64,000 bases of DNA from Dehalococcoidia bacterium (GTDB taxonomy: Bacteria; Chloroflexota; Dehalococcoidia; UBA6926): positions 1,514,053 to 1,578,052 of the forward strand of contig OZ242019.1 of the NCBI GenBank assembly GCA_965204885.1, read 5' to 3'. A program made the position numbers and the translations under genes. Shown one piece after another: positions 28,619 through 37,678 of the stretch. The notes below the pieces were generated by a model. That model searched no databases. It saw only the letters and a list, made by a program, of their open reading frames with translations, and was not told the origin of the DNA. Numbering within the stretch: position 1 is the stretch's first letter; each line of letters begins with the position of its first letter.

Positions 28619-30463
28619 TCACTCAACAGTCACCGACTTTGCCAGATTCCGCGGCTGGTCGATGTCCGCCCCCCGCAGCAGCCCAATCTCGTACGCCAGC
28701 ATCTGCAGCGGTACCGTCGCCGCAATCGGAACCAGGTGAGCGGGCGTCTCCGGCATGAAGATCGCCTCGTCCGCCTGCCCGCCAAGCTCATCATCCCCGT
28801 CCGTCAGCACGCCCACCACGTGCCCCGCCCGTGCCCGTATCTCAGAGATATTGATCGCCATCCGATCCCGCAAGCCGCCCTCCGGGGCAAGCGCAATAGT
28901 CGGCATCGACTGATCGATCAGCGCGATGGGTCCGTGCTTCATCTCGCCCCCCGCGCTGCCCTCTGCGTGGATATAAGTGATCTCCTTGAGCTTCAGCGCA
29001 CCCTCCAGCGCGATGGGGTAGAGCGGCCCGCGGGCCAGCAGCAGGCAATTCTCATTGGCAGTCAGGCGCTCCGCCGCCGTTCGAATCACATCCCCTCGTT
29101 CCAGCATCTCGCTCACGATGCCCGGCAACCGCTCCAAGTCCAACAGATGACGGCTAACCTCATCCTCATCCATCACCCCGCGACCCGCTGCCGCGTCGAT
29201 CGCCAGCAGATACAGGCAAATGATCGCCGACGTAAAGCTCTTTGTCGCCGCGACCCCCACCTCGAGCCCGGACCGCATATCCATCGTTTCGCATGCGATG
29301 CGTGCCGCCTCGCTGTCCAGCGCATTCGTCACCGCCACGCAGTCTGCGCCGAGGCCCGATGCGTGTTCCAGCGCCGCGAGCGTATCAAGCGTCTCTCCGG
29401 ACTGCGTGATCGCGATGAGAAGATCGCCCTCCCCCATCCGCGCATTCCGGTGGCGCAGCTCGGACGCCACCTCCGCCTCAACCGGTACGTCTGCCAACGT
29501 CTCGAAATAGTGCCGCCCTACAAGCGCCGCGTGATAGCTTGATCCGCACCCCGTTAGGATGATTCGCTTAGCCGCCGCCAGCCGCTCGGACAGCCCGGAC
29601 CCGTAATCAGGCTCCAGCCGTCCCGACTCCAAATCAACCCGCCCGCGCAGCGCATCCGTCAGCGCCTGCGGCTGCTCCATGATCTCCTTGAGCATGAAGT
29701 GCTTGTACATGCCCTTCGCCGCCCGCAGGGGGTCGCGCGTGACCTCCGTGAATTCCCGCGTCACCGGCTCCCCGTCCAGCATTGAGACCTCTACGCCGTC
29801 GGGCCTCAGCACGGCGATCTCCCCGTTGTTCAGCGGCATTGCCCGACGTGTGAACGGCACAAGGGCAGGGAGGTCGCTCGCGGCGTACGTCTCGCCGTCG
29901 CCCATGCCGACCACAAGCCCGCCCGCGTTGCCAGCCCGAACCGCGATCAGCGTGTCCGGCTCCTGCGCGCACGCCACCAGGAACACCAGCGCCCCGTGCA
30001 TGTCCGGCATGATCGACTTCACCGCCTCGACAGGATCTAGACCGCGATCGAGCGCCTCTTCGATGAGGTGCGGCAGCACCTCCGTGTCCGTCTGCGACAT
30101 GAAGTGATGCCCGCGCGAAACGAGCAGCGCGGCGAGTGTACTGTAATTCTCGACGATGCCGTTCTGCACGACACTCACACGCCCCGTGCAGTCCATGTGC
30201 GGATGCGCGTTGGCCAAAGAGGGCGCGCCGTGCGTTGCCCATCGCGTATGTCCCAGTCCAAGCGATCCCGAGACGAACGACCCCTCGAGATCGGCGCGCA
30301 GGGCATCCAGCTTACCGACGGCCTTATTCGTCCCGAACACGCCGGACGGGCCGAGTATCGCGATGCCCGCGCTGTCATACCCCCGGTACTCGATGCGTGA
30401 CAGCCCATCAAGCACAATCGGCATCGCCTGCCGATGCCCCGTATACCCCATAATCCCGCACAT
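28619..30463 (-). CDS. glmS: Glutamine--fructose-6-phosphate aminotransferase
   Basis: 'MCGIMGY' N-terminal nucleophile Cys; two SIS domains; C-terminal '...LAKSVTVE'. Confidence 0.95.
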   Translation of the reverse strand: MCGIMGYTGHRQAMPIVLDGLSRIEYRGYDSAGIAILGPSGVFGTNKAVGKLDALRADLEGSFVSGSLGLGHTRWATHGAPSLANAHPHMDCTGRVSVVQNGIVENYSTLAALLVSRGHHFMSQTDTEVLPHLIEEALDRGLDPVEAVKSIMPDMHGALVFLVACAQEPDTLIAVRAGNAGGLVVGMGDGETYAASDLPALVPFTRRAMPLNNGEIAVLRPDGVEVSMLDGEPVTREFTEVTRDPLRAAKGMYKHFMLKEIMEQPQALTDALRGRVDLESGRLEPDYGSGLSERLAAAKRIILTGCGSSYHAALVGRHYFETLADVPVEAEVASELRHRNARMGEGDLLIAITQSGETLDTLAALEHASGLGADCVAVTNALDSEAARIACETMDMRSGLEVGVAATKSFTSAIICLYLLAIDAAAGRGVMDEDEVSRHLLDLERLPGIVSEMLERGDVIRTAAERLTANENCLLLARGPLYPIALEGALKLKEITYIHAEGSAGGEMKHGPIALIDQSMPTIALAPEGGLRDRMAINISEIRARAGHVVGVLTDGDDELGGQADEAIFMPETPAHLVPIAATVPLQMLAYEIGLLRGADIDQPRNLAKSVTVE

Positions 30464-30500
30464 CTCTCAGTCCCCCTCACCCAATCATACCCTCCCCATC

Positions 30501-30670
30501 CGTCATTCCCGTGCTTGACACGGGAACCCAGTGCGGCGCGCAGCGCCGCCCCATGTCATTCCGAGCGCAGCCGAGGAATCTAAAGTCGCAATTGGCCACC
30601 CAGACGCCCTAACGCACCCCACCGCCATCTAGCCTTCACCCATCATTCCCGCGAAAGCGGGAATCTTGAC
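30501..30670. repeat. REP-like hairpin cluster, locus 4 (four stem-loops in 170 nt)
   Basis: 'GTCATTCCCGTG-CTTGA-CACGGGAAC' (8-bp stem); 'GCGGCG-CGCAG-CGCCGC'; 'GTCATTCCGAGCGCAGCCGAGGAATCTAAAG'; 'CATCATTCCCGCGAAAGCGGGAATCTTGAC'. Preceded by 'ATACCCTCCCC', as at locus 1. Confidence 0.8.
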
Positions 30671-30690
30671 TTCGATTGCCCCAAGAACGA

Positions 30691-31419
30691 ATGTACGCTA
30701 ACCTTGCTATAGGTGAACAGTATTATCTCTGGAATCGGAGCCGAATCCCTATGGGCGAAACTCATAACCTTATGGAGCAAGTTGATAGCCTTATCGAAAA
30801 AGGCTATAAGGCGCTGGATCCTGCCAACATAACGGGCAGCGGTAATCGGCAGTTCCTGGATCCGCGAATCGTGGTGGGTTGGCGAAGCCAGTCACTCACT
30901 TTGCTTCGGAGGCTGTTTGGAGGAACCAGCGATTACTTCAGCGAGTTCCAGAACACAACACAACGAGCTCACATACAAGCCGACATGGGCCCCAGCCTGG
31001 GAGCAGGCTTGGGTATTCTGCAATCGGTAAAGGAAGATATCCAGAACGGCCACCTACAGTCGTACCGCCAGCTCGTAGAAGCTGACCTAATTGGTGGTCT
31101 AATGGGTCAGGCCGAGTATCTATTGGAAAAGGGCTATCTTGTAGCTGCGGCAGCTGTGGCGGGTGCGGCTCTGCAGCAGGAACTCGAAGAAATAGCTAAG
31201 CGTCATGATCTAAAGTTGAAGAATCGAGAAGACCTCAACTCTTTGAGCGATAAGCTGTTTCAGGCGGAGATTCTGGATGGCATTGAGCGCAGGCAATTGA
31301 GCCTAATGGCCGGAGTGAGAAACTCGGCCGATCATGGGAAGGCGGAGGAACTCACAAAAGACAACGTGAGTGGCTTAGTTAGAGATGCTGTCAACTTCCT
31401 CAACAAGCACGCTACCTAA
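30691..31419 (+). CDS. HEPN-like domain protein (putative RNase toxin / Abi component); low-GC islet gene 1
   Basis: C-terminal 'GVRNSADHG' matches the HEPN Rx4-6H catalytic motif (nt 31318-31335) within a helical region. The ORF is open from a TTG at 30676; first ATG at 30691; an alternative ATG at 30751 has GGAG at -13. GC is visibly lower than the surroundings. Confidence 0.55.
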   Translation: MYANLAIGEQYYLWNRSRIPMGETHNLMEQVDSLIEKGYKALDPANITGSGNRQFLDPRIVVGWRSQSLTLLRRLFGGTSDYFSEFQNTTQRAHIQADMGPSLGAGLGILQSVKEDIQNGHLQSYRQLVEADLIGGLMGQAEYLLEKGYLVAAAAVAGAALQQELEEIAKRHDLKLKNREDLNSLSDKLFQAEILDGIERRQLSLMAGVRNSADHGKAEELTKDNVSGLVRDAVNFLNKHAT

Positions 31420-31517
31420 CCAATGCTGATTTCTTGCACCATGACCATCATCACTTGGCATAGCAAGCCTTACTTCGGAGACAACTTTTTCGTGATGCGG
31501 AAGCACAGTCCTGCTAT

Positions 31518-32366
31518 GTGCGGAATCAACTTGCCGCGAACGTTGCAGCACTAAACCTCTTGGCACTGCCGAAAAGCGTAGAAACTACGAAGATGTGTGC
31601 AAACAAGACTACGGATGTCGCGTTTCTTTATCTGGACGAAATTTACATGGATGCAGAACTCCCACCAGAACTACAATCCACGTCGTTGACCGGACTATTG
31701 GTGACTGCGTCGACATATCCTCTGTTTCGGGAACGGTTCTTCCGCCTGTTACCCGGGTTTCCTAAAGGTGCCAAAAGGCTGAACATTGATGTGCATGCAA
31801 GTGATTTCTTCCGTGACCGACCGGACAGCGAGCACTTCGCCTTCTATCGTGGCCTCGTTTCTCTAATCAACGAACTGTCCTGCAAGGTCTATAGGAGAGC
31901 CTTCGGTATTGATTCTCCGCCCCCGATACTTCGTAAGCAGCAGAGTACCTATTTGAAGTTCTGCTTTAGGTCGATTCTGATAGCCGCCGCTAAATCTACA
32001 GACGGCACGCAAATATGGCCAGTCATGGAAACCGATCATTCGAAAGCTCAAGACCAGAATTTTGCGGGCTACATCAGATGGATGGATCATGCCACTACCC
32101 ATCTCGAGATGACTGGGGATGGTGTGAAAGAACTGATTGACGAGAATCTAATGGTCGACAACGCCAACTTTGGAGAGCTTCATTACGTTACAAAGAAATC
32201 GATCATCGGGTCTGCTGTTGACTGCCTCGCATATTTGCTTCACTGTCGTTGGCTTGCTGAGCGAGACTACGGATTGACGCCTTACAAGAAGAAACTCGCG
32301 GTTATCGCATCCTACTTGGACGAATCGTTGATTGATGATGATGTTGTTACCTATGTGAGCGTTTAG
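31518..32366 (+). CDS. Hypothetical protein, no recognisable catalytic motif; low-GC islet gene 2
   Basis: 282-aa ORF in a low-GC context, codirectional with and 98 nt downstream of the HEPN-like gene. No Walker, MNT or HTH motif seen. 'AFLYLDEIYMD' is faintly reminiscent of the 'yiDESG' N-terminal block of DUF3800-type proteins, but this is unconfirmed. Confidence 0.45.
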   Translation: MRNQLAANVAALNLLALPKSVETTKMCANKTTDVAFLYLDEIYMDAELPPELQSTSLTGLLVTASTYPLFRERFFRLLPGFPKGAKRLNIDVHASDFFRDRPDSEHFAFYRGLVSLINELSCKVYRRAFGIDSPPPILRKQQSTYLKFCFRSILIAAAKSTDGTQIWPVMETDHSKAQDQNFAGYIRWMDHATTHLEMTGDGVKELIDENLMVDNANFGELHYVTKKSIIGSAVDCLAYLLHCRWLAERDYGLTPYKKKLAVIASYLDESLIDDDVVTYVSV

Positions 32367-32373
32367 ACTTCCA

Positions 32374-32399
32374 CCCCCTACAATCAACACACTAGGGGG
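32374..32399 (+). terminator. G/C hairpin 'CCCCCTA-(12 nt)-TAGGGGG' between the islet and uppP
   Basis: 7-bp perfect stem, 8 nt after the gene-2 stop and 5 nt before the uppP GTG. No U-tract. Confidence 0.35.
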
Positions 32400-32403
32400 T
32401 CAC

Positions 32404-33210
32404 GTGTCCGAATCGTCCGCCTTGCTGCTTGGCATCATCCAGGGAATCACCGAGTGGATTCCTGTCAGCTCGCAGGGCGTTGTTGCCCTCGTTTCCACGT
32501 GGATTGACGACGCCGGGCCTTCGGATGCCATCGCCATCGCGCTGTGGCTGCACGCCGGAACGGCCCTGTCCGCAGCCATAGCCATGAGAGGCGAAATCAC
32601 GTCGATGATTCGCGATTCAATCGCCCCCCCCGGTCACCCTGAGCGCAGTCGAAGGGTCGCTCCCGTCAAATTCCTCGGTCTCAGCACCCTCGTCACCGCG
32701 ATAATCGGCGTGCCGCTCTTCTTGGTTCTGGGCGAGATTGCGGATTTGTTGGGCAGCGCCGCGATGCTGCTCATCGGCCTCGCCATGATCGCTACCGCAT
32801 TCACCATCCGCTGCGGACTATGGCAGGGCGAGCGGGGCAGGGACGATGTCACACCCAGGGATGCAATCATCGCCGGTATCGCGCAGGCACTGGCCGTCAT
32901 TCCCGGCCTCAGCCGAACCGGGTTGACCGTCGCCGTCCTGCTCGCACGGGATTGCAGTCACCGCGAAGCTGTTGTGCTGAGTGTTCTCATGGGTATCCCG
33001 GCGAGTCTTGGAGCGGGTCTGCTTGCTGTCAGTACATCCGACACTATCGGCGGTTGGCCTGCCGTCTTGGCTCTGGTAACCGCGGCAATCGTTGGAACCG
33101 TCGCCATCCGAGCCATCCTCGCATGGGCAAGCCGCGTCAGCCTCAGCCGATTCATCGCTGCAGCCGGAATCGTCGTGGCCCTCGGCGCCCTGATTGGCCT
33201 CCTCGCCTGA
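32404..33210 (+). CDS. uppP: Undecaprenyl-diphosphate phosphatase
   Basis: 'GIIQGITEWIPVSSQG' (BacA signature), multi-TM, 268 aa, GTG start. Confidence 0.85.
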   Translation: MSESSALLLGIIQGITEWIPVSSQGVVALVSTWIDDAGPSDAIAIALWLHAGTALSAAIAMRGEITSMIRDSIAPPGHPERSRRVAPVKFLGLSTLVTAIIGVPLFLVLGEIADLLGSAAMLLIGLAMIATAFTIRCGLWQGERGRDDVTPRDAIIAGIAQALAVIPGLSRTGLTVAVLLARDCSHREAVVLSVLMGIPASLGAGLLAVSTSDTIGGWPAVLALVTAAIVGTVAIRAILAWASRVSLSRFIAAAGIVVALGALIGLLA

Positions 33211-33252
33211 TCCGTTCGCCCTGAGCCTGTCGAAGGGTCATTGCCCCTCGCC

Positions 33253-34614
33253 TCACCGCCTGATCTCCTCCGCCGGAACGCCCGCAACCGTCGTGCCCGC
33301 CGCCACGTTCCGCGTCACCACGGAGCCCGCTGCTGTGTACGCTTTATTCCCAATATCCACGGGCGCGACCAGCATGGAGCCGCTCCCGATGAACGCGCCA
33401 TCGCCGACGACTGTTCGATGCTTGTCCTGACCGTCGAAATTGCAAGTTACCGCGCCCGCGCCGATGTTGACGTCGTCCCCGATTTCGGCGTCGCCTACGT
33501 ACCCGAAATGACCCATCGCTGTCCGGCTCCCGATTCGGCTCGCCTTGATCTCGCCGAAGCTCCCGATGTGAGTCTCACTGCCGATATGCGTCCCGGGCCG
33601 GAGCCGGGCGAATGGGCCCACCGAAACGCTGTCCTCAAGCGTGGCCTCATCCAGCCACGACCCTCGCACGACGCACCGGTCGCCAATCACCGAATCGACG
33701 ATGTGCGTATCCGGTCCTATCTCGCACTCCGCGCCAATGACAGACGTGCCCGTGATATGTGTATTGGGCCGAACGACCGTGTCCGCCGCAATCGTTACCG
33801 TCGCATCGATGTACGTCGAGGAAGGATCAATAATCGTGACGCCGGACAACATCAGCGACTCCAGTGTCCGCCGCCGAGCCACCTGCTCAGCCTTCGCCAG
33901 GTCAACCAGCGAGTTCACCCCGATCGCCTCCTCGGGGTCAATTTCCAGCGTCTCAACACCGCGCCCATCGCTTACTGCGAGGGCTACCAGGTCCGTGATG
34001 TAGTACTCGCCGTTGTCGTGCCGTGGCAGACGGTCCATCACCGTCCGTGCCCAAACAAGGTCGAGGGCATAGACCCCTGCGTTCCCCTCCGGCGGCACGT
34101 CCTCATATCGCGGGTCCCCGGCCTCCACGATTTCCGCCGCCTCTCCGTCCGAATTACGCAGAATCCGCCCGTAATCCACGTTATTTGGCGTCTGGATTGT
34201 GAAAAAAGTAACAGCAGCCCCATCACTCGATTCATGAGCTTTCTGGAGAATCATCAAGGATTCAGCAGTAACCAGCGGCAAATCACCATTAACAATAAGC
34301 AGAGCCCTTGAATCAAGATTGGCGTCAGTTAGTGCCCTTTTCAACGCGCCTCCGGTGCCGTCCGGCTGGGACTGTACAACGAATCGATGAGTGATTCCCA
34401 TGGCCTCTAGCAGGGCGGGCGACGAGTCCCGCATGATGACAGGCTGTGGAAAACCCGCCGCGGCGAGCGTATCCAGGATTCGCTGAATCATCGACACTCC
34501 GCCTACCCGGTGTAGAACCTTCGGAAATGAGGTTCGCATCCGCGATCCCTTGCCTGCTGCGAGAACGACACATTCCCACGCCTCAACTGCGGCGCTAGCT
34601 TGTGAATTCGTCAT
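33253..34614 (-). CDS. glmU: Bifunctional UDP-GlcNAc pyrophosphorylase / GlcN-1-P acetyltransferase
   Basis: N-terminal 'VVLAAGKGSRMRTSFPKVLH'; C-terminal left-handed beta-helix hexapeptide repeats. ATG at 34612-34614 chosen over the 11-aa longer ORF-track start. Confidence 0.9.
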   Translation of the reverse strand: MTNSQASAAVEAWECVVLAAGKGSRMRTSFPKVLHRVGGVSMIQRILDTLAAAGFPQPVIMRDSSPALLEAMGITHRFVVQSQPDGTGGALKRALTDANLDSRALLIVNGDLPLVTAESLMILQKAHESSDGAAVTFFTIQTPNNVDYGRILRNSDGEAAEIVEAGDPRYEDVPPEGNAGVYALDLVWARTVMDRLPRHDNGEYYITDLVALAVSDGRGVETLEIDPEEAIGVNSLVDLAKAEQVARRRTLESLMLSGVTIIDPSSTYIDATVTIAADTVVRPNTHITGTSVIGAECEIGPDTHIVDSVIGDRCVVRGSWLDEATLEDSVSVGPFARLRPGTHIGSETHIGSFGEIKASRIGSRTAMGHFGYVGDAEIGDDVNIGAGAVTCNFDGQDKHRTVVGDGAFIGSGSMLVAPVDIGNKAYTAAGSVVTRNVAAGTTVAGVPAEEIRR

Positions 34615-34697
34615 CAGTCCCCCGACACGTCTTGTGTCAAATATCATCTACGTGACAGGATGGATGATACACACGGGGAGCGTCAGGGGGCGGCAGA

Positions 34698-35231
34698 ATG
34701 TCGAGCGCGGGGAGTGTAACGAGCTACGAACACCTCATTCGGGAGATTCCTGACTTTCCCGAAGAGGGAATCCTGTTTCGCGACATCACGCCGCTCCTGC
34801 TTGATCCTGAGGCGTTCGCGTGGGCCATCGACAGGATGACGCAGGCTGCCGGAACCATGCCGCTTGACGTCATCGTCGCCGTGGAGGCGCGTGGGTACCT
34901 ATTCGGCGCGCCGATGGCGCGAGCTCTGGATGTCCCCCTCATCCCTGTTCGTAAAGTGGGCAAACTTCCCTATAAGACGGTCAGCATCGAATATGCGCTG
35001 GAATATGGATCAGCCACGGTTGAGATGCATGAGGACGGCATTCATCCGGGACAGCGCGCTGTGCTGGTGGATGATCTGCTCGCAACGGGCGGGACGTTGA
35101 AGGCGGCGGAAGATCTCGTCCACAAGGCGGGCGGGGTAACGGTCGGAGCCACGGTTCTGATTGAACTGGCCGAGCTATCGGGGCGTGGGCTTCTGGGAGA
35201 CTATCCCGTCCACACGCTCATGCACCTGTGA
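34698..35231 (+). CDS. apt: Adenine phosphoribosyltransferase
   Basis: 'IPDFPEEGILFRDITPLL', PRPP-binding 'VLVDDLLATGGT'. Confidence 0.85.
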   Translation: MSSAGSVTSYEHLIREIPDFPEEGILFRDITPLLLDPEAFAWAIDRMTQAAGTMPLDVIVAVEARGYLFGAPMARALDVPLIPVRKVGKLPYKTVSIEYALEYGSATVEMHEDGIHPGQRAVLVDDLLATGGTLKAAEDLVHKAGGVTVGATVLIELAELSGRGLLGDYPVHTLMHL

Positions 35232-35235
35232 CCGG

Positions 35236-36162
35236 CTAATCGTCCGTCAATACGTCCGCTACAACGTCATATCGTCCGAATGACGGGATCATGTAGACGC
35301 CGGCAATCATTCCGCGCGTTTCCTCAATAAGTTCACGGGCGATAGCCGCCCCCTCCGCTCGGCCGTTGTCACCCGCCGAGCGCAGCCGCCGCCGTATCGA
35401 TTCGGGAATCACCATTCCCGGGACGTTGTTATGGAGAAACTCCGCGTGGCGCGCACTCTGCAGCGGCAGCACGCCGAGCACCACCGGGAGCGGAAATCCG
35501 CCAAGCAGGTCGTGTAAGCGGCGCACTGGCGCAGGATCAAAGACTGTTTGCGTCATGATGTAGTGCGCTCCTGCCTCAACCTTGCGCTGCAAGCTCGCAA
35601 TCTCTTCGTCAATATGCGGCGCGTTGGGGCTAACGGCGCAGCCGATTGCGAACGACGTTGGCTCCGGCAGGGTGTGTCCCGCAACTTCCTCGCCCGCGTT
35701 CAGGCGGCTGAGAGCGCTGATCAACTGGGAGGATGTCACGTCGGAGAGGCTGCTCGCCTGTGGGTAATCGCCAATGGTTGGATTGTCTCCCCAAAAGATG
35801 AATGCATTGCGTACGTTCAGCGCATGCGCGCCGATGAGGTCGGCGTGGATTGCCAACACATTGCGATTCCTTGTGGCAGTGTGCAGGATTGCCTCCACTC
35901 CCGTGTGCCGCTGCAAGAGGACACTCAACGCGACTGCGCTCATACGGGCTTGCGCCAACGGCACATCAGTGGCGTTGAACGCATCGATGCGGACCTTTTC
36001 CATGAGCGCCTTGAGACTGGCCAGTGTTCGATCGAGCGAGAATCCGCGCGGCGGATGAACCTCCACCGTCGTCACGAACTCGCCATCATTCAGCTTCTGT
36101 AAGAGGGCAGTGGGCTGCCCGGCTGGCGGGATAGATGAAGACATGTCAGTTGAAGTACTCAA
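35236..36162 (-). CDS. metF: 5,10-methylenetetrahydrofolate reductase
   Basis: 'TVEVHPPRG' start of the barrel, 'FWGDNP'; 308 aa. Confidence 0.75.
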   Translation of the reverse strand: MSTSTDMSSSIPPAGQPTALLQKLNDGEFVTTVEVHPPRGFSLDRTLASLKALMEKVRIDAFNATDVPLAQARMSAVALSVLLQRHTGVEAILHTATRNRNVLAIHADLIGAHALNVRNAFIFWGDNPTIGDYPQASSLSDVTSSQLISALSRLNAGEEVAGHTLPEPTSFAIGCAVSPNAPHIDEEIASLQRKVEAGAHYIMTQTVFDPAPVRRLHDLLGGFPLPVVLGVLPLQSARHAEFLHNNVPGMVIPESIRRRLRSAGDNGRAEGAAIARELIEETRGMIAGVYMIPSFGRYDVVADVLTDD

Positions 36163-36262
36163 ATCTCAAATAGGCGGACGCGAAAGCTGTTGTGTTTGAT
36201 TCACGATATAGGTTATCGATTGCGTGGGAAAGATGTGTGAGCGTATGACTCTTCGACTATGC

Positions 36263-37252
36263 TCAGGGTGAACTGGGGTTGTGACGGAGGGCGGCGACGG
36301 TTCGAGTGATCCCCTCACGCAGGTCGATCTCCGGGGCCCAGCCGAGCTCACGGCGCGCCTTGGAAACATCCAGGTAGATCCGACTTACATCGCCCGGCCG
36401 TTCTGGCGCGTAAGTAGGCGCTTGGCTATACGCGGTCTCCTCTGCAAGCAGAGAAAAAATATCGTTGACAGACGTTGGCGCGCCGCCTCCGATGTTGTAG
36501 ATGCCTGCCGCGGGGGCATCAGGTTGGATGGCGGCAAGGGCTGCCGCTACGACATCATCAACATACACGTAATCGCGCTCTTGAGCACCGTCGCCGTAAA
36601 TGGTGACCTCCTCATCGGCGAGCATCCTCAGGCCAAAGATCGCAACGACGCCGGCTTCACCGTGCGGGTCCTGGCCGGGGCCGTACACGTTGCCGGGGCG
36701 CAGAATCGTGTACTCAAGACCGTTATTCTCTGCGATGACGCGCGTGTACTGCTCCAGCGCCTGCTTGCTCGCTCCATAGACGGAGAGCGGTTTTATGGGG
36801 TGCGATTCATCGCAGGGCAGGTATTCAGGCTCGCCATAAAGTGCTCCTCCCGTCGAGAACAACACGACGCGCTTAACGCCGGATTTGACGCACTGCCGGA
36901 GAAGGTTAATGCCGCCAACGATGTTGGTGTGAACGTCCAACTCCGGTTCGCGCATGGAGCGCGCAACTGAAATCTGCGCGGCGAGATGGAAGACAATCTC
37001 GGGTTGTTCTTGCGTGAAAACGTCTGAGAGGGCAGGATCGGCGATATCCAGTTTGTGCAGGGAGACGGTAGGCGCTTCCTGGTCATTCATCCGCGAAGAT
37101 GAGAGATCATCAACGACGGTCACGTACCAGCCGTCACTGAGAAGGCGCTTGACTAAATGTGAGCCGATGAATCCGGCTCCGCCCGTCACCAGTGCCCGTG
37201 GCTGACCGGGATCGTGCCCTGACGTAATGCTGAACCTCCCGTGCTCCGGCAA
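36263..37252 (-). CDS. NAD-dependent epimerase/dehydratase (UDP-sugar 4-epimerase-like SDR)
   Basis: 'ALVTGGAGFIGSHLVKRLL', catalytic 'YGASK'. The only in-frame start near the N-terminus is the TTG at 37252, which lies 6 nt below the tRNA-Gln 3' end. Confidence 0.75.
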   Translation of the reverse strand: MPEHGRFSITSGHDPGQPRALVTGGAGFIGSHLVKRLLSDGWYVTVVDDLSSSRMNDQEAPTVSLHKLDIADPALSDVFTQEQPEIVFHLAAQISVARSMREPELDVHTNIVGGINLLRQCVKSGVKRVVLFSTGGALYGEPEYLPCDESHPIKPLSVYGASKQALEQYTRVIAENNGLEYTILRPGNVYGPGQDPHGEAGVVAIFGLRMLADEEVTIYGDGAQERDYVYVDDVVAAALAAIQPDAPAAGIYNIGGGAPTSVNDIFSLLAEETAYSQAPTYAPERPGDVSRIYLDVSKARRELGWAPEIDLREGITRTVAALRHNPSSP

Positions 37253-37258
37253 TCTCTA

Positions 37259-37332
37259 TGGCTGCCCGGCCAGGATTCGAACCTGGGTCAGAGGATCCAA
37301 AGTCCCCTGTGCTACCACTGCACCACCGGGCA
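37259..37332 (-). tRNA. tRNA-Gln (anticodon TTG), CCA encoded
   Basis: The reverse complement folds as TGCCCGG-TG-GTGC-AGTGGTA-GCAC-A-GGGGA-CTTTGGA-TCCTC-TGAC-CCAGG-TTCGAAT-CCTGG-CCGGGCA-G-CCA (74 nt). Confidence 0.8.
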
Positions 37333-37395
37333 AAGCCGATGTGCCAGCCCATTAACTCTGAGAGTAGACAAGTGGCACGCTCAGACCATCTCACT

Positions 37396-37481
37396 TGGTG
37401 CCGAAGGTCGGAGTCGAACCGACACGGGGTTGCCCCCAACGGTGTTTGAGACCGTCGCGTCTGCCATTCCGCCACTTCGGC
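37396..37481 (-). tRNA. tRNA-Leu (anticodon CAA), type II with long variable arm, CCA encoded
   Basis: The reverse complement begins 'GCCGAAGTGGCGGAATGGCAGACGC', has anticodon stem-loop ACGGT-CTCAAAC-ACCGT and T arm GTCGG-TTCGACT-CCGAC, and ends CTTCGGC-A-CCA (86 nt). Confidence 0.8.
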
Positions 37482-37678
37482 ATGAAACCGGTTAGTTCAT
37501 TATGCGACAGTTTGAACCTGTCGGGCGAATCTGAAGCAACTCGATTTGCAGCAAGCGTCAACTAGCGGCATCATTAGGTTTCAGTGATAGGGAGGACGTG
37601 GATGGCAGCATTGCTAGTCGAGTAGTCTGCGGTATGGCATACTACCGATAATCCATATGGGTACCGTGGGAGGTTACC

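Noticed and set aside
28736-29542. 268-aa plus-strand ORF inside glmS
   Set aside because: It is antisense to an unmistakable glmS (MCGIMGY..., SIS domains).
28458-30463. Tn7-like attachment site at glmS
   Set aside because: The low-GC islet lies on the 5' (promoter) side of glmS, not downstream of its stop. Downstream is only tRNA-Gly. No TnsABCDE-like genes or Tn7 end repeats are visible.
23714-30670. CRISPR array
   Set aside because: The repeats are palindromic and irregularly spaced, with variable sequence and no unique equal-length spacers. Genes lie between the loci, and no cas genes are present.
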